This document shows, piece after piece, positions 1 to 11,675 of a stretch of 64,000 bases of DNA. The stretch is from Cirrosporium novae-zelandiae (lineage: Eukaryota). The position numbers and the translations under genes were made by a program. The notes beneath the pieces were generated by a model. The model did not search any database. It was given only the letters and a program-made list of their open reading frames with translations, and had not been told where the DNA came from. Every line of letters begins with the position of its first letter. The first letter of the stretch is position 1. The stretch lies in assembly GCA_026023565.1 (NCBI GenBank), contig JAPETS010000016.1:248001-312000 (forward strand), in the 5' to 3' direction.

Positions 1-1
1 T

Positions 2-811
2 GCTCCTAAGGAGGCAACACTCTTCATAATTCTAACCCTAATACCGTAAATAGACCAGCACGCCATTAACACCACCCTAATCCCAACTCCAACTTCAACT
101 CTCGGAGGACGACCCCAAGAAGACCCCCCCCCCCCACCACCACCACCACAACCCCAAACCGGAATCCGTCTAATAACCAGCTCCCCTAACAGCATCCGCA
201 CCTAGCCCAACGGTTTCGGCGCCTCAAAACTAGGCGCAAACTACGGTCCCAGCCTATCCACCCAACGCTCCGCCCATCTCTCAGGCTTCGACATCGTGCT
301 CTAGCTCCTCGGCCCCTCAAACCAAATAACCGAAGCCAGCTCCAGCAATTTCTTCCTCGTCTGGACGTCCGCCCAAACCGGGCAATTGGAACTCGTCACC
401 GCTCCATTAACTGATGGGGTGATTTTGGATGGGATTACGAGGAGGAGTGTGTTGGAACTTGCGAGGGAGAGGTTAGGGGGGGAGGGAGGTTGAGGGAGGT
501 AGGGTATGGGGAACAGAAGATACGGTAAGTAGATCACATTGCTAAACCTCTTACTTTATACCCAGCCCTTGCAATTAGCCCTCCCTCTCTTTTTTTTTTT
601 TCTTATTAATTTAGTCTATACAATCAGTATCTTCAAAAGAATATTCCATTCCATTCCATCCCCTCCTCCTCCCTAGTGAGGGTGGGAGTGATAATATTGT
701 AGAAAGGACGAGAAAAATAGTTAAGAGATATTATGGAGGGTGGGGGAGAAGCATGAATGGGGAGTTATGGTTGTGGTTGTGGAAAAGAAAGGGGAGGGGA
801 AAGGGAATTGA
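2..811 (+). pseudogene. Branched-chain amino acid aminotransferase relic (5' part outside the window)
   Basis: Frame +2 reads APKEATLFIIL...GIRLITSSPNSIRT*PNGFGASKLGANYGPSL...[26 protein letters not shown]...[30 protein letters not shown]. This matches fungal BCAT motifs (RAWPGG.G..K.GANYGPSL; LWL; EAG.SNFF; ILDG.TRRS). Stops at 47-49, 203-205 and 302-304. A C-terminal-like remnant K*LRDIMEG/EKHEWGVMV lies at about 715-811, with a frameshift. Confidence 0.85.
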
Positions 812-998
812 GCGTGAGCGTGAGCGTGAGTGTGAGTGTGGGGATCTTGACTGTAAGGGGTGGAGGGTGGAAGTAAGCAGGCCAAGGAAGATAAAAAATT
901 AACAGATCACATAGCTAAACTTTGCATCTATCTAGTTTTTTCTCTATTAATTAATTAATTAATTAAAAGATTAGAGAAGATAAAATTGGAAGGTTTTT

Positions 999-1001
<3 letters not shown>

Positions 1002-1037
<36 letters not shown>
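1002..1037. repeat. (GA)n microsatellite
   Basis: Direct reading of the sequence. Confidence 0.95.
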
Positions 1038-1041
<4 letters not shown>

Positions 1042-2442
1042 TTGTGGGAGGGTTTTATTTAGGGTTGGAGTTGGGGGTAATGGTTTACATGTTTGGGGAT
1101 GGGGAGAGGGGATGGGATAATAAGGGAGGGGGTAGGAGATAAGGTAAATAAGATCATATAATTAGTCTAGCTAAATTTTGTATCTAATTAATCCTTCTCC
1201 ATTAATTAATTAATTAATGATTCCATCATACCGTCACTGTCACTGTCACCCCCAAAAATACAAAATACAAAATCCCTACTAACATACATAACTCCTACAC
1301 TAGCTACCCCCCTACCCAAAAAGAATCCCTATCTATTATACCCCCTCCTATGACCCCTACTATCCATCCTCATCTTATATCTCATTAATTTTATATTTTA
1401 TATTTAATCTCAATTCCCCATCTTACTCACCATCCCTATCCTATCCCATCCCTCCTCCTCCTCCTCCTTTCCTTACTCTCTCCAGTCTCATATCCAGCCC
1501 TAGAATTGAGCAAAGAGAAAGGAGAAAGGAAAAAAAGGGGGGGTAAAATGTTGAGATGTTGGGGGCTTGTATATGTACGGCATTTGGTTGGAATTGGAAT
1601 TGGAATTGAGATTGGGATTTAGAATGGAGGATGGAGGATGTAGGATGGGGGTAATTAATTAGGTAGGTAGGTAAGAGAGGGAATGAGGGGATGAAGAGGT
1701 TCTTTCTCTTTCCTGATGTTCTGATGTTATTCATGTGTAGATGAGTAGTAGTATGTGAAAAGGCCGTTTAGTTTTTTTGATGGGCGGTGGGGAGTAAGTA
1801 ATTAATTGATTAACTAGTTAGGTAAGGTAGGTAGGTAGGTACCTAGATAACTTCTTTCTTTTAGGGGCTTAGGGATAATGGTTGAGGGAGGCTCTTTCCT
1901 GATGTCATGTGCAATACAATACAATACAATACAATTGTAACGAACGAACCCGAGAAGGGTGTTTGTTTACTTGTTTGGTTTTTGGTTTTTGGCTTTTTGG
2001 TGAGCGGTAGGGTATGGGGTATAGATCCGGAGGTATTTGGTAACTAGGATGGCTTAGGGGGGTGTTGGGAGCAGGGTGGCTAAAATAAGAGGAAGGAGGA
2101 GAGGAGGGGGGCTCGGAAAGGGGACTTGGGAAATGTATTGTATCTATGTGCTCAGGAGTTAGGAGTATATTGGTTTCTCGTAAAAGGGCAAAAGAGCCGA
2201 AAACTAAGTCATCTCTGTGAATCATGTCTCATTTCAATCTAGAAAGTAAAACGCTATGAAAGCTATCCAAAAAAAATAGAGGTATCTAGGAACACTTGCT
2301 CGCTGAATTACAGTACACCAATAATCAGCTAGCAAATGAAGGGAAAAAACAATTCTCCTGGTGGTATTGCCAGATCCTGGTCCAGCAGTCTGGGTTTGTG
2401 AATGAGAGTAAAAGACACACTGCGGGTGATTCTTACGCTACC

Positions 2443-3788
2443 TCAGTCGTTGTAGTTGCTCTGTCCGGATCCGTCCTTGTTGACTGGTGGCAAGCCATAA
2501 CGTGCATTAAGCTCTTCCTCTTGGGACTTTCCAGCCACATCGAGTACTGGCCGTTCGGCGTGACACGCAACTCTCACAGCGTGTCGACGGTGAGGTGCAA
2601 AGCCGTAGGTGGCAGAATGGTTCTAATTCAAGTTAGACCAGTACCAAAGATCTTGAGGCTTTTACATACTGTAATACGGTTATCCCAGAATGCAACATCA
2701 TTCTTTCCCCACAAGAATCGTACGTGGGCCTCTTGAGTCGTAGCAATCACCTCGCTGAGATAGTTGATGATGCAATCGCTTTCGGTCTTGGGAATGCCAA
2801 CTATTTTGGTGACGAAACCGGGATTGAAGAAAACCGACTTCCAACCAGTAACTGGGTGGGTTCGAATAAGTGGATGCTCAGTAACGACAGGATCCCTCCT
2901 GACTGTACGTCCAAGGGCAATAGACCCGTCAGCTTGCATCTGCGCCGAGTGAAGTGCAGTCAAGCTTTCGAGATACTTTTGCATCGGAGCCGAAAGCGCA
3001 TCGTAGGCTGCATATTGAGACGACCAGAGAGTGTCTCCACCTCCTCCACGAGGTGGTCCAGTCAACACCTTTAGTGAGGTATAAGAAGGAGGTTGAACCT
3101 CGTATGTTACCTAATCAGCGTTAGTTGTAGTTTTGTAGGGTTACTAGGGTGACACCAACATCCGAGTGCCACAAAAACTTTTGTGTAAAGAATGCTCTCT
3201 GGTCTTTGGTCTTTTCATCGGTATAGACCACATGAACATCGTCTAAACCCTGCTTCCGTGGTACGGATGTTGTGGCATGCTGAAAGATATTTTAGTATAC
3301 AACACCATAGATCACGATCACGTATGACAGACCTTGTGTAGCCGTCCGAAATATTCGCCAAGCTTGCGTTGCGCATCAATGTCAAAATCATCTTGAGCGC
3401 GGAAGAAGACGACGCCGCGAATGGAAATTAGACGAGCTAGATCGTTCTTTTGTGCGTCTGTCAATTTGGCAAGGTTGACTCCATGTATCTCGGTCCCTAT
3501 CTTCGGGTTATAATCAAAGATGTCTGTTGCTGATTCAAGAAGGTTGCGGAATTGGGAATCTCCACAAAGTCCTTTATCTTCGTATGGCACATCGGCTATG
3601 GGCTCCCACTGAATATCTGGGAAGTAGGGCCGGAGATCTTCATGTTCATATGAATCATGATTCTCAATAATCGTTCGGCCGGGTTCGTAGTCAAGTTTAT
3701 TGGATTTTAATGGAACCACTTTATGTGTCAAGGGCTCATCTTCCCAAGTTGAGGTTTGGGCAATAGTTTCCACAAAGGATGGTGCCAT
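2443..3788 (-). CDS. TauD/TfdA-family alpha-ketoglutarate-dependent (sulfonate) dioxygenase, JLP1-like; 4 exons
   Basis: Exons 3788-3333, 3279-3160, 3110-2669 and 2622-2443 with GT-AG introns. Motifs: PKIGTEIHGV, RGVVFFR, WHSDVTYE (HxD), GGDTLW, HPLIRTHPVTG, FWDNR..NHSA, RHAVRV. Confidence 0.93.
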
Positions 3789-6700
3789 GGTAAGTGGCCT
3801 TTGGAGGTTGTTATTCAAGGATAGAAGTGAAGATTATAGCTGAGAAATAATATTGAGTGGAGATTCTTAAGATGTAGAATGAAGACAAACTAGGTAGGAT
3901 CGAAAGCTTATAATAAACTTTTAATGAATAAAGAAATGGTAGAAGAAAAGGGAAGGAAATGCCGCCATATAAATAGTTTGGTTGCTAGCAGATCGACCTA
4001 GGAGCAAAACCAGCAGTAACGGCAATCGCACTATTCGCACCATTGTCGATGTTGATCACGCGAGAAGGTTAGAGGAGCAACGGCATTCCAACACTGGGCG
4101 AGATAAACTATTCCATTTACGGAAATTTTATTTCCCCCATTCTGATGCAGGATCTAAGACAAATTTCCCCGGCCGCTGCTCTTTTCTGGGTACCCAAACC
4201 TCCAGACACGCTATGTTGTAGAGAAAGTGGAGAAACAGATTTCAGCCATGGAACGGAACGTTGCATTTTCCGGCCTGGGCCATATTGGTGGACATGGAGA
4301 CCAGTGGGAGCTTCAAGAATGGTATTCGTCGGATTCAACATCCAAGCTATACACAGAGAGACGATTCGGATGGTCAGTTAGACTGGTCTCATCTTCCAGA
4401 TGTAGTTGTAGGTGCAGCTGTTGCACATCGCCATTCACATTGACCTCTGGTTGAACTTGTGGACGAGGGAGTCGATGGATTGATTTGGGATGTCGTTGAA
4501 AGAAGCTGCACAAAGCGCTTACGTTGGTCTGAGGAAACTGGCTTTGTGGGGCGTAAGAGCTTGAGCCGCAGAAAGGACCCATGCTTTGAAAAAGAGGGAT
4601 ATTTTCTTTGATTGGTTGAATGTCCCAGTCACGCAAGAACAAGCTATTCTTGCAAGCTTTCACAATGCTTTAGATTCCGATAGAGGTTTCATCTGAACAA
4701 GACCATTTATTAGCATCAATCATATATTTTATTCATCTCATGGAGAATAGAGTATAATTATTTTCAATCAACAGCGAAAGTAAAAAAAAAAGGTGGTTTG
4801 GCAGTTGGTGGAGCTAGAAGGGTGGAGGTTGAGATTGGGTGCTGGAGCATTTCTGTGGTCTGGGGTCTTGACAAGATGAGGTTGGAAGTAAGAATGCGTG
4901 ATTGGTTGGTACAGGAATGTGAACAGCAGCTAAACTGTCACCAAACCGTATCTATACTATCTAAATCGTCTAAACGGTACCTAAGCGGTACTTGAGCTGT
5001 ACCTAAACTGTAATTACTCTGTTTGGCTACTTGAAAGCTTTCCATCAAAGCTTAATTGTTTGTACTTTGTTTGTACTTTGTCTTAGTCTTAGTCTTAGTC
5101 TTAGTATTAATTAATCCGGGTCCTGATCGCCTAATCTTAGGCCTTCCCATCCCCCCCAATTCTATCTCATTATTCATGTTTGATGTCGTAATTAGTTAGA
5201 CCGAATCTGTTTTTACTACAACACTCCTATATGAAATAAATACAATTCTATCTTTTTATATTTTTTCCGCCAGTAAATTATCAAAGCACCTATCCGTGTT
5301 TTGTCCTTGAGCAACAATGGTCTCAAATCATCTCTGACAGATGATGCAGTTATTGATTAGCTGTTGAATGGTCCCGATTTCTCCTCTCGGATTAGGGTAT
5401 GTGGGGCAAATCAATCGTTACTGATCCAAAGGTAACCCGCCTCTTCGTCCACCCCTTGGCGAGTGTCTATACTCCCGATTATGGACTCCATGTCTACTTA
5501 TGATCGACTGCTCACTCCAGAACGCCTTGGCCTTGGGCCTGTTGTGTCGCCATCATCGCATCACAAAACCTGCACTGGCACCTGACCAAGTTTCACTCCC
5601 ATCGCCTCCGTGGTATAAAGTGTATATACACCCTTCTCCTTCTACCGGATCACGAAGGAATCGTTGAATACCCGTCCAAAAAAAATCAAGGGCCAAGACA
5701 CGCTCTGGCCCTTCGGGCCTGATAGGAGTTTCCCCTCTATCAACACCGCAGTTTCTTCAGAGGTTGGTCATGACCAGGGTTTCCAAACTGTTCACACCAT
5801 GACTACCAAACCCTCAATAAAGGCGGCATGTGAATCAGGCATCGTCATTCCTAACCACTGTATTTGTCCTTGAAGACTGCTTTCTTCCTTTTCCGCCCCA
5901 TTTTACTGGGCCAACATTCAATATGAATTTATTCTAATCCTTGTATGAGCCTACATCGGAAGATCTGACCCTCCAATGGTTGTGACATGGTGACATTCCC
6001 CGTCGCAAAATAATATCACCTACGGATGAGTGTATTGTATGGTCCATGATTTTATTGAACCTATATTTCGACGCTTTTGGTCGACACCCTCATTCATTAC
6101 ATGGTCATTCTACGTTGACCGTTGACCGAAATTTCCAAAAAGAAGCCAGCTCATCAGAATACGGTGGCGGCGATCACTGGCAATCCTAGCGTATGTAACA
6201 TGACTAACAATTATTTTTTTTCCTCCCTTGCGTTTGTTGTTGAGGTGTTCGATAATCATTCGTCTATCTCCTCCTTTCGTCTATCCGCCTTCGCCGTACC
6301 CTGTGTTATCGGACACGATAAGCCGAACAATATCATGATTCCACCTTTATCTACCTTCCAAGCACTAGAAGAAATCTGGTAAAACTTTCCATACCACAAG
6401 TCAATTAACCTTGAGCTTGGGCTTCTTTGGAGAAATCTCATTACAAGGCTACTAGCAAAAAGTATACGGGTGAGATAAACCTCCTAGCATAGCTGACTAA
6501 GCAGATAAGCCCCTGATATGTTTGGGCCTTGATGTTGGACGGATTCCTTTACCACAGATTGACAATCGAACAGAATGGTTGAAAACAAGCCTCCAAGCTT
6601 AGCAGCTTACTACGAAACGCTAGAAAGTTACTTTTTTAGTGAGAGTAATGTTGATATTTCCCGAAAATATGCGAGATCAAATATCTCCGTTTCGGCGGAC

Positions 6701-7149
6701 CGGCGTGCTGGCCATTTTCCATGTTTGGTAACGATATCCGGAGTTATTCCTTGAGAATTCTGGAGTGTTGTCTAAGCCACAAGACTTCCTTGAGATAAGT
6801 AACCCATTGCGGATTCGCTACCATTTTTTTTAGGTGTATGTGGGGATGAAAGATATTGGAGATGGTGATGATGCTTTTGCCACTAGAGCAGGGGAAAAAA
6901 CTCTCCAGTATTTTCCAGAGGCTAAGCTAATAAAATACAAAGAAGATGGAATATGAGAAAGCAGGGTCCAAGAAGACTTTAAAAGCAGCATGTCTATTAC
7001 AGTAACTAGGACTGTGACAATGTTCTAATACCAGCCAATATATTTCCTTTACAACGAAGCGGGCTATTCAATCCGATCACGGCGATTACGAAGCTATCCA
7101 CAACACAACTGAGCAAAGGGTGTATGTTCAGGAAGAAAAGGGCACTCAA

Positions 7150-7710
7150 GATGACCATGACTATGTTGCTGTTCTTGTTGTTAAGAGATTCCTAGGGATG
7201 ATCCATCAACTCTCATGCTGGACTGGAGACCCTCGCAGTGAAGCACTTTCGCCACTCTCAAAGTCGCAGTTTCGTCTTCATCACCATGACTATGTCGTCG
7301 TTATTGTTAAGTGGATTCTAAGGGACAATTCATCAAATCTCAAAACTGACTAGAAATCCTTGCAGTGAAGCACGTTGACCGTCGTTCCAGTACTTAGGTC
7401 CCTCCTTGGTGTTTCGTCCCTCTTTCTCTCTCCCATCAACACACATACACACATACACATACAGCCAAGGAGCCAAAGTGCAAAGGACATTTATTCAAAA
7501 TAGGTCGTTTGATTATCACCATAACCATGACTGTCTTGCTGTTAATATTAAGAGATTCATTCCTAGGGACAATCCATCAAGTTTTAAGCTGGAGTGGAAT
7601 CCTCGCGGTTTCGTCTTCATACAGTACCTACCTATCTACTTGTGTTCTTGCCTTCTTTTAGTGTTTCGTCTCTCTCTCTCTCTTTCACATACACACATAC
7701 ACGGCTAAAC
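7150..7710. repeat. Degenerate nested tandem duplication
   Basis: CATGACT(ATG/GTC)...TTAAG...(CCT/CTA)AGGGA..ATYCATCAA recurs at about 7156, 7285 and 7527. GTGTTTCGTC-CT-rich-ACATACAC blocks recur at about 7409 and 7661. Confidence 0.75.
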
Positions 7711-9118
7711 CACCCAGCTAGGATCCAGTAATTAACAAATACCAAAGACAGGCAGGCAGGCAGTGAGGACCGATCTCTCATCTCCCTCTAGGATAGAAAA
7801 CCGAAACGAAAACGACCCCCCCTTTCTCCTTTCCTCTCTCCTCTCGTAGTCACTCCCTCACTCACTGATAAGATCACAATTATAAAATCACCCATCCCAT
7901 CACCCATCCAAAGTATCCAAACATAAACCCAAACTATGAGAACTCTAACCTCCTAAAGACAGACACAGACACAGACACAGACGAACGCCAGACGAACGGA
8001 TACGAATACGACTCTTAAACACATATATACGAAAATCCCAATCCAAATCCAAATCCAATCTAACATGTAGATTTACTAATTATTTATAGATATAGAAGCT
8101 AAATGAGCCTAAGGGGGTCTGGGAGAGGGGGGGTTGTAAAAAAAAAGAGAGAAAGAGAGAGAGAGAATAGGTGGTGAGTAATAAGTGATAGAGAGTCGTG
8201 GATAGAGATTCGTGCATATGCATACACAATAGATAGGTATCCCGTATCCTCATATCCCCCCCTTCCTTCTTTTCTTCTCCTTCCCTCCCCCTTTTCTTCT
8301 TCTTCTTTCGTTCTTGGGATAAGACATGAATTTGAATTAGCAGGGCCAAGGACGGTGGCGGGATGGGATGAGACATAATAAAATGGAGAAGAATGGAGAA
8401 TAAGGATAGGGATGAAGAAGCTCCCTAGGGAGGTAGAGAGGGAGGGAGGTAAATCAATATCTGTTAGGTTAGATGTTGGATATATATATATATCATGATC
8501 TCATGATTTGGAATATTATTCTTTTTCGAAAAGTTCTTATCATTGTTTGTTATCGTTATCGTTATCGTTATTTGTTCGGATGTATGTGTGTATGTATGTA
8601 TGGAGGGATAGAGGGGGTTAGTTATTACTATATTATATAAAATTGTATAAAAAAAAACAAATTGTGTGAATAAACAGTTTGATGGGAGAACGTGATTGAA
8701 TCTAAAAGAATCCTTTCTTTTTTAAACAGGGGGGATGGTTGTTTATGATAGACTGGGGAAGTTATTATTCCTATGGTGTTTATTTCGTTAGCTAAAAATT
8801 ATTTCTTAGTACTTACTATACGCTTGGGGAAAGGAAAGGAAAGGATAGTTTTCGCATAGGATTTAATGATTGTAGTAATCTTTGTTGAATATTTATTTAT
8901 TTATCTATTAGTAGTTCATGGATTTGTGTTGTGCTGTGTTGTGTTGTGTTATGCTTCATTCTCCCCAGGCGAGGTTGCGTTCCTATTATGAATGCTGGAT
9001 GTATGAATGCAGCATGAATGGATGGGTATCGATATGGGGTATGAGTATGGGGTATCTAACCGACCCCTCCCCCATCCCCTAAAAAAAATATCATTCCTCA
9101 TACACATCCTCATAGTCT

Positions 9119-10503
9119 CTATGCCCCACCCCCCCTTCTCATTCCCCTCCTCCTTCTAGTAGGAACCGGACTACTATCATCCACAACCGAATTCCCAAAC
9201 TGATCTCTAACCCTCATCCCCCCCACATACTGTCCACTCCGTTCCATAGTCGTATTCCCAAAATCAAAACTCCCATCACTATCATCGTCATCATTGTCGT
9301 CATTGTCGTTGTCGTTGTTGAATGCGGCTTCACCACCACCCCGCGAGTCTGCTTCTGACATGGCCATGGAGACGTCCATATCGACGGGGGTTTGGAAGTA
9401 TTGGGGGTGTTGGGGTTGGAAGTTTGGTTGGTGGAGGTGGGGGGAGTTGAGGGAGGGGGTGCGGTTTTGAGAGTGGGGGTGTAGGGAGTGTGGGGAGTGA
9501 TGGTAGGAAGGGGGGGAGATGAAGGTGGGACTGGGATTGTTGGAATGTGGTTGCGGGTAGAGGGCGGATGTTTGGTAGCTTCGCGGGATGGAGTTTGTGG
9601 CTCTGGATATATCCACGTTGATTTCTGAGGAGGAGGGGGAGGAGGATTCTCGGTTTTCGTAGTGGAAGCCTTGGGGACCCCAGGCTTCGAGTTCGTGGCG
9701 TCGGGCTTCGGATTCTGTGGTTGAGGGGCGCGATTCGTCGTCTTCGGAGGAGGGATCACCCCCTTCTGAAGATGTGTCCGTGTGTTCCCATTCGTCTTCG
9801 TCCTCGGGTGGGGAGGCAATGCCTTCGGGGATATCGTCGTCGAGGTCGCGTTCTTCACCCAGGTCACCAAAGGTGTCGTCTTCGGCCTCTGGAATATCAT
9901 CGTCTAGATCTCTATCTAGCCCCTCCTCTTCGTCATCAACAAAATCGCCGTCTTCTTCTTCAGGCACCAGACCTTGCGCATCTCGATCTTCAACATCGGC
10001 ATCTAAATCTCTCTCCTCCTCGCCACCCATTCCCTGTGCTTCCGCCGCAGCCCTTGCTTCCAATTCCATTGCCAATCTCTCTTGTTCTACAGCTTCTTCT
10101 TCCCTCCTCGCCGCCTCCTCTGCTTCCTGCCGTTCTAGCCTTTCATCCTCAAGGCCTTGTAGAGTTTTAGACACCCCCGGAGGTTTCAGCCAGCCAGCAC
10201 CAAAGCGACGGATGTTATTTTTGCGGAGACGGAGGGATGCTTCATGGTGTGCTAGAGTTGTGTGAGGGGAGGGATAATGCGGGGCTTGGTGGTGGTTTGG
10301 TGGTGGACGAAAGGTGGAGTTGGGGTTAGTAGGCTGAAATTGGGAGGGCGGAGGAGGAGGAGGAGCGCGGTGGGTGGTAGTGTACCAGAGGAGATGAGAC
10401 TATGAAAAAGATTAGTTCAAATTTGTAGGAGTGGATAGGTAGAGGGTGGATTGGTAGAGGTTCATACATCGCGAGGAGCGATTGTGGGCAAGGAACAAAG
10501 CAT
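9119..10503 (-). CDS. APC15: Anaphase-promoting complex subunit Apc15/Mnd2-domain protein; 2 exons
   Basis: Exon 1 is 10503-10468 (MLCSLPTIAPRD), followed by an intron GTATGA...TAG. Exon 2 is 10399-9119, in frame with the ORF track, and contains RKNNIRRFGAGWLKPPGVSKTLQ (Apc15p signature) and acidic RDLDDDIPE repeats. Confidence 0.85.
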
Positions 10504-10632
10504 GCTGAAGGCAGCTGTATTTATAGTAAAGTAGTGGATTCTATTCGCTCCTATCACGATATATTTGAATTGGTGGTGAAATCTATCATATAATTAATGC
10601 CATCTGAGAATCGCATTTACACCTATGAGGAT

Positions 10633-10644
10633 TTCACGCGTGAA
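10633..10644. promoter_or_regulatory. Perfect 12-bp palindrome containing an MCB-like element (ACGCGT)
   Basis: TTCACGCGTGAA lies about 130 bp upstream of the APC15 ATG. Confidence 0.4.
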
Positions 10645-11179
10645 GGAGTGACCAAATTGATGACGGAATTTCATTGTAGATAGATTTCCTCTTGGGGTTA
10701 GTGCATACTCTCATGGTCGGATTGGTTCTCATCGTTGTCCGAAAAACAGGACAGGCGGTAAAGAACCTCTTCACCGACCATCACTTTTAGTCCATGGCAC
10801 ATTGCACATGACTACATGTATATGGACTCAAAATACAATTCAAAATTCAACCGAAATGAAAAAAAAAAAAACAGTTACTAAATTGTATGGAAATGTATGT
10901 CCATCTAGATTTGTCCTGTGTAACCATTGATAACTTTTCCCCAGCCAACCTGGTAGATACAAATCTTCATAAAGCCTTGGCCAATGCTCGCAGTTAAAAC
11001 ACATCACCGCCCCCTTCACAAAATATCGAAGGCTCCTGCCCGCCATAAATGCATGGCTCATAATATTCATATCTACTGGGCCATTTGTGGACCGATTGCC
11101 CTTCATCTGAACCGCACGGGTTCCTTCAGGCTGAGTTGGCTATCCGCATTTCAGATGGATAATTTGGGGGTGGACGAGT

Positions 11180-11675
11180 TCAGTCCTTCATTTCCTCATC
11201 CTCATCCTCGACCTTTGCCACAAAGTCATCATCGGCATCTTCGTCGTAATCGTCTTCCTCCTTCTGCTCGGCAGCTACCTTGGCAAAGTCGATATTTCGA
11301 CCACGAGTGCGTGGGCCATTGATGATGTTGTCGGGGTCAATTTCTTCGAGATTGTCTTCTTCCACTTCGGCTATGGTTATTTCCATGTTAGTGTCAAAGT
11401 TATGACTCGATTGGCACATTCAATGAGGCCAGTTGAACTTACCGCTAGGAACATGCTAAATCAATGTTAGCCATTGCCACATGAATAAATTAAATACCTT
11501 GATGCTAATGAGATATCAAATAAAAACATACATCATCAGCTTCCTCATCAGAGGTATCGTCCTCATCCATTGTGGCATCCTCCATCGGTTGATCTACAGC
11601 TTTGCCTTTTCCTTTATCCAGGGAGGCCTCGCTGGTCTGGCCGGCAGCCTTGCTAGGATCTGTAACGCCAGACAT
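11180..11675 (-). CDS. CHZ1: Histone H2A.Z chaperone Chz1; 3 exons
   Basis: Exons 11675-11532 (MSGVTDPS...DKGKGKAV...DEEADD), 11455-11443 (13 nt) and 11370-11180. CHZ motif EEDNLEEIDPDNIINGPRTRGRNIDF and an acidic tail. Confidence 0.9.

Noticed and set aside
203..304. A-to-I mRNA editing restoring TAG to TGG in the BCAT relic
   Set aside because: The relic also has a TAA at 47-49, a missing or replaced segment after 493 and a frameshift, which editing cannot repair. RIP-like decay is simpler.
4117..4663. Minus-strand ORFs (116 aa and 74 aa), one with GLHVHQYG resembling Cu/Zn-SOD
   Set aside because: No other SOD ligands or recognisable domain. Possibly a decayed gene, but I cannot support that.
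5300..7100. Complex-looking sequence that might be a gene or transposon relic
   Set aside because: No recognisable protein motif, terminal repeat or consistent frame found by eye. It needs BLASTx.
9214..10265. Long overlapping ORFs on both strands across APC15
   Set aside because: Shadow frames of a low-complexity acidic, skewed CDS.
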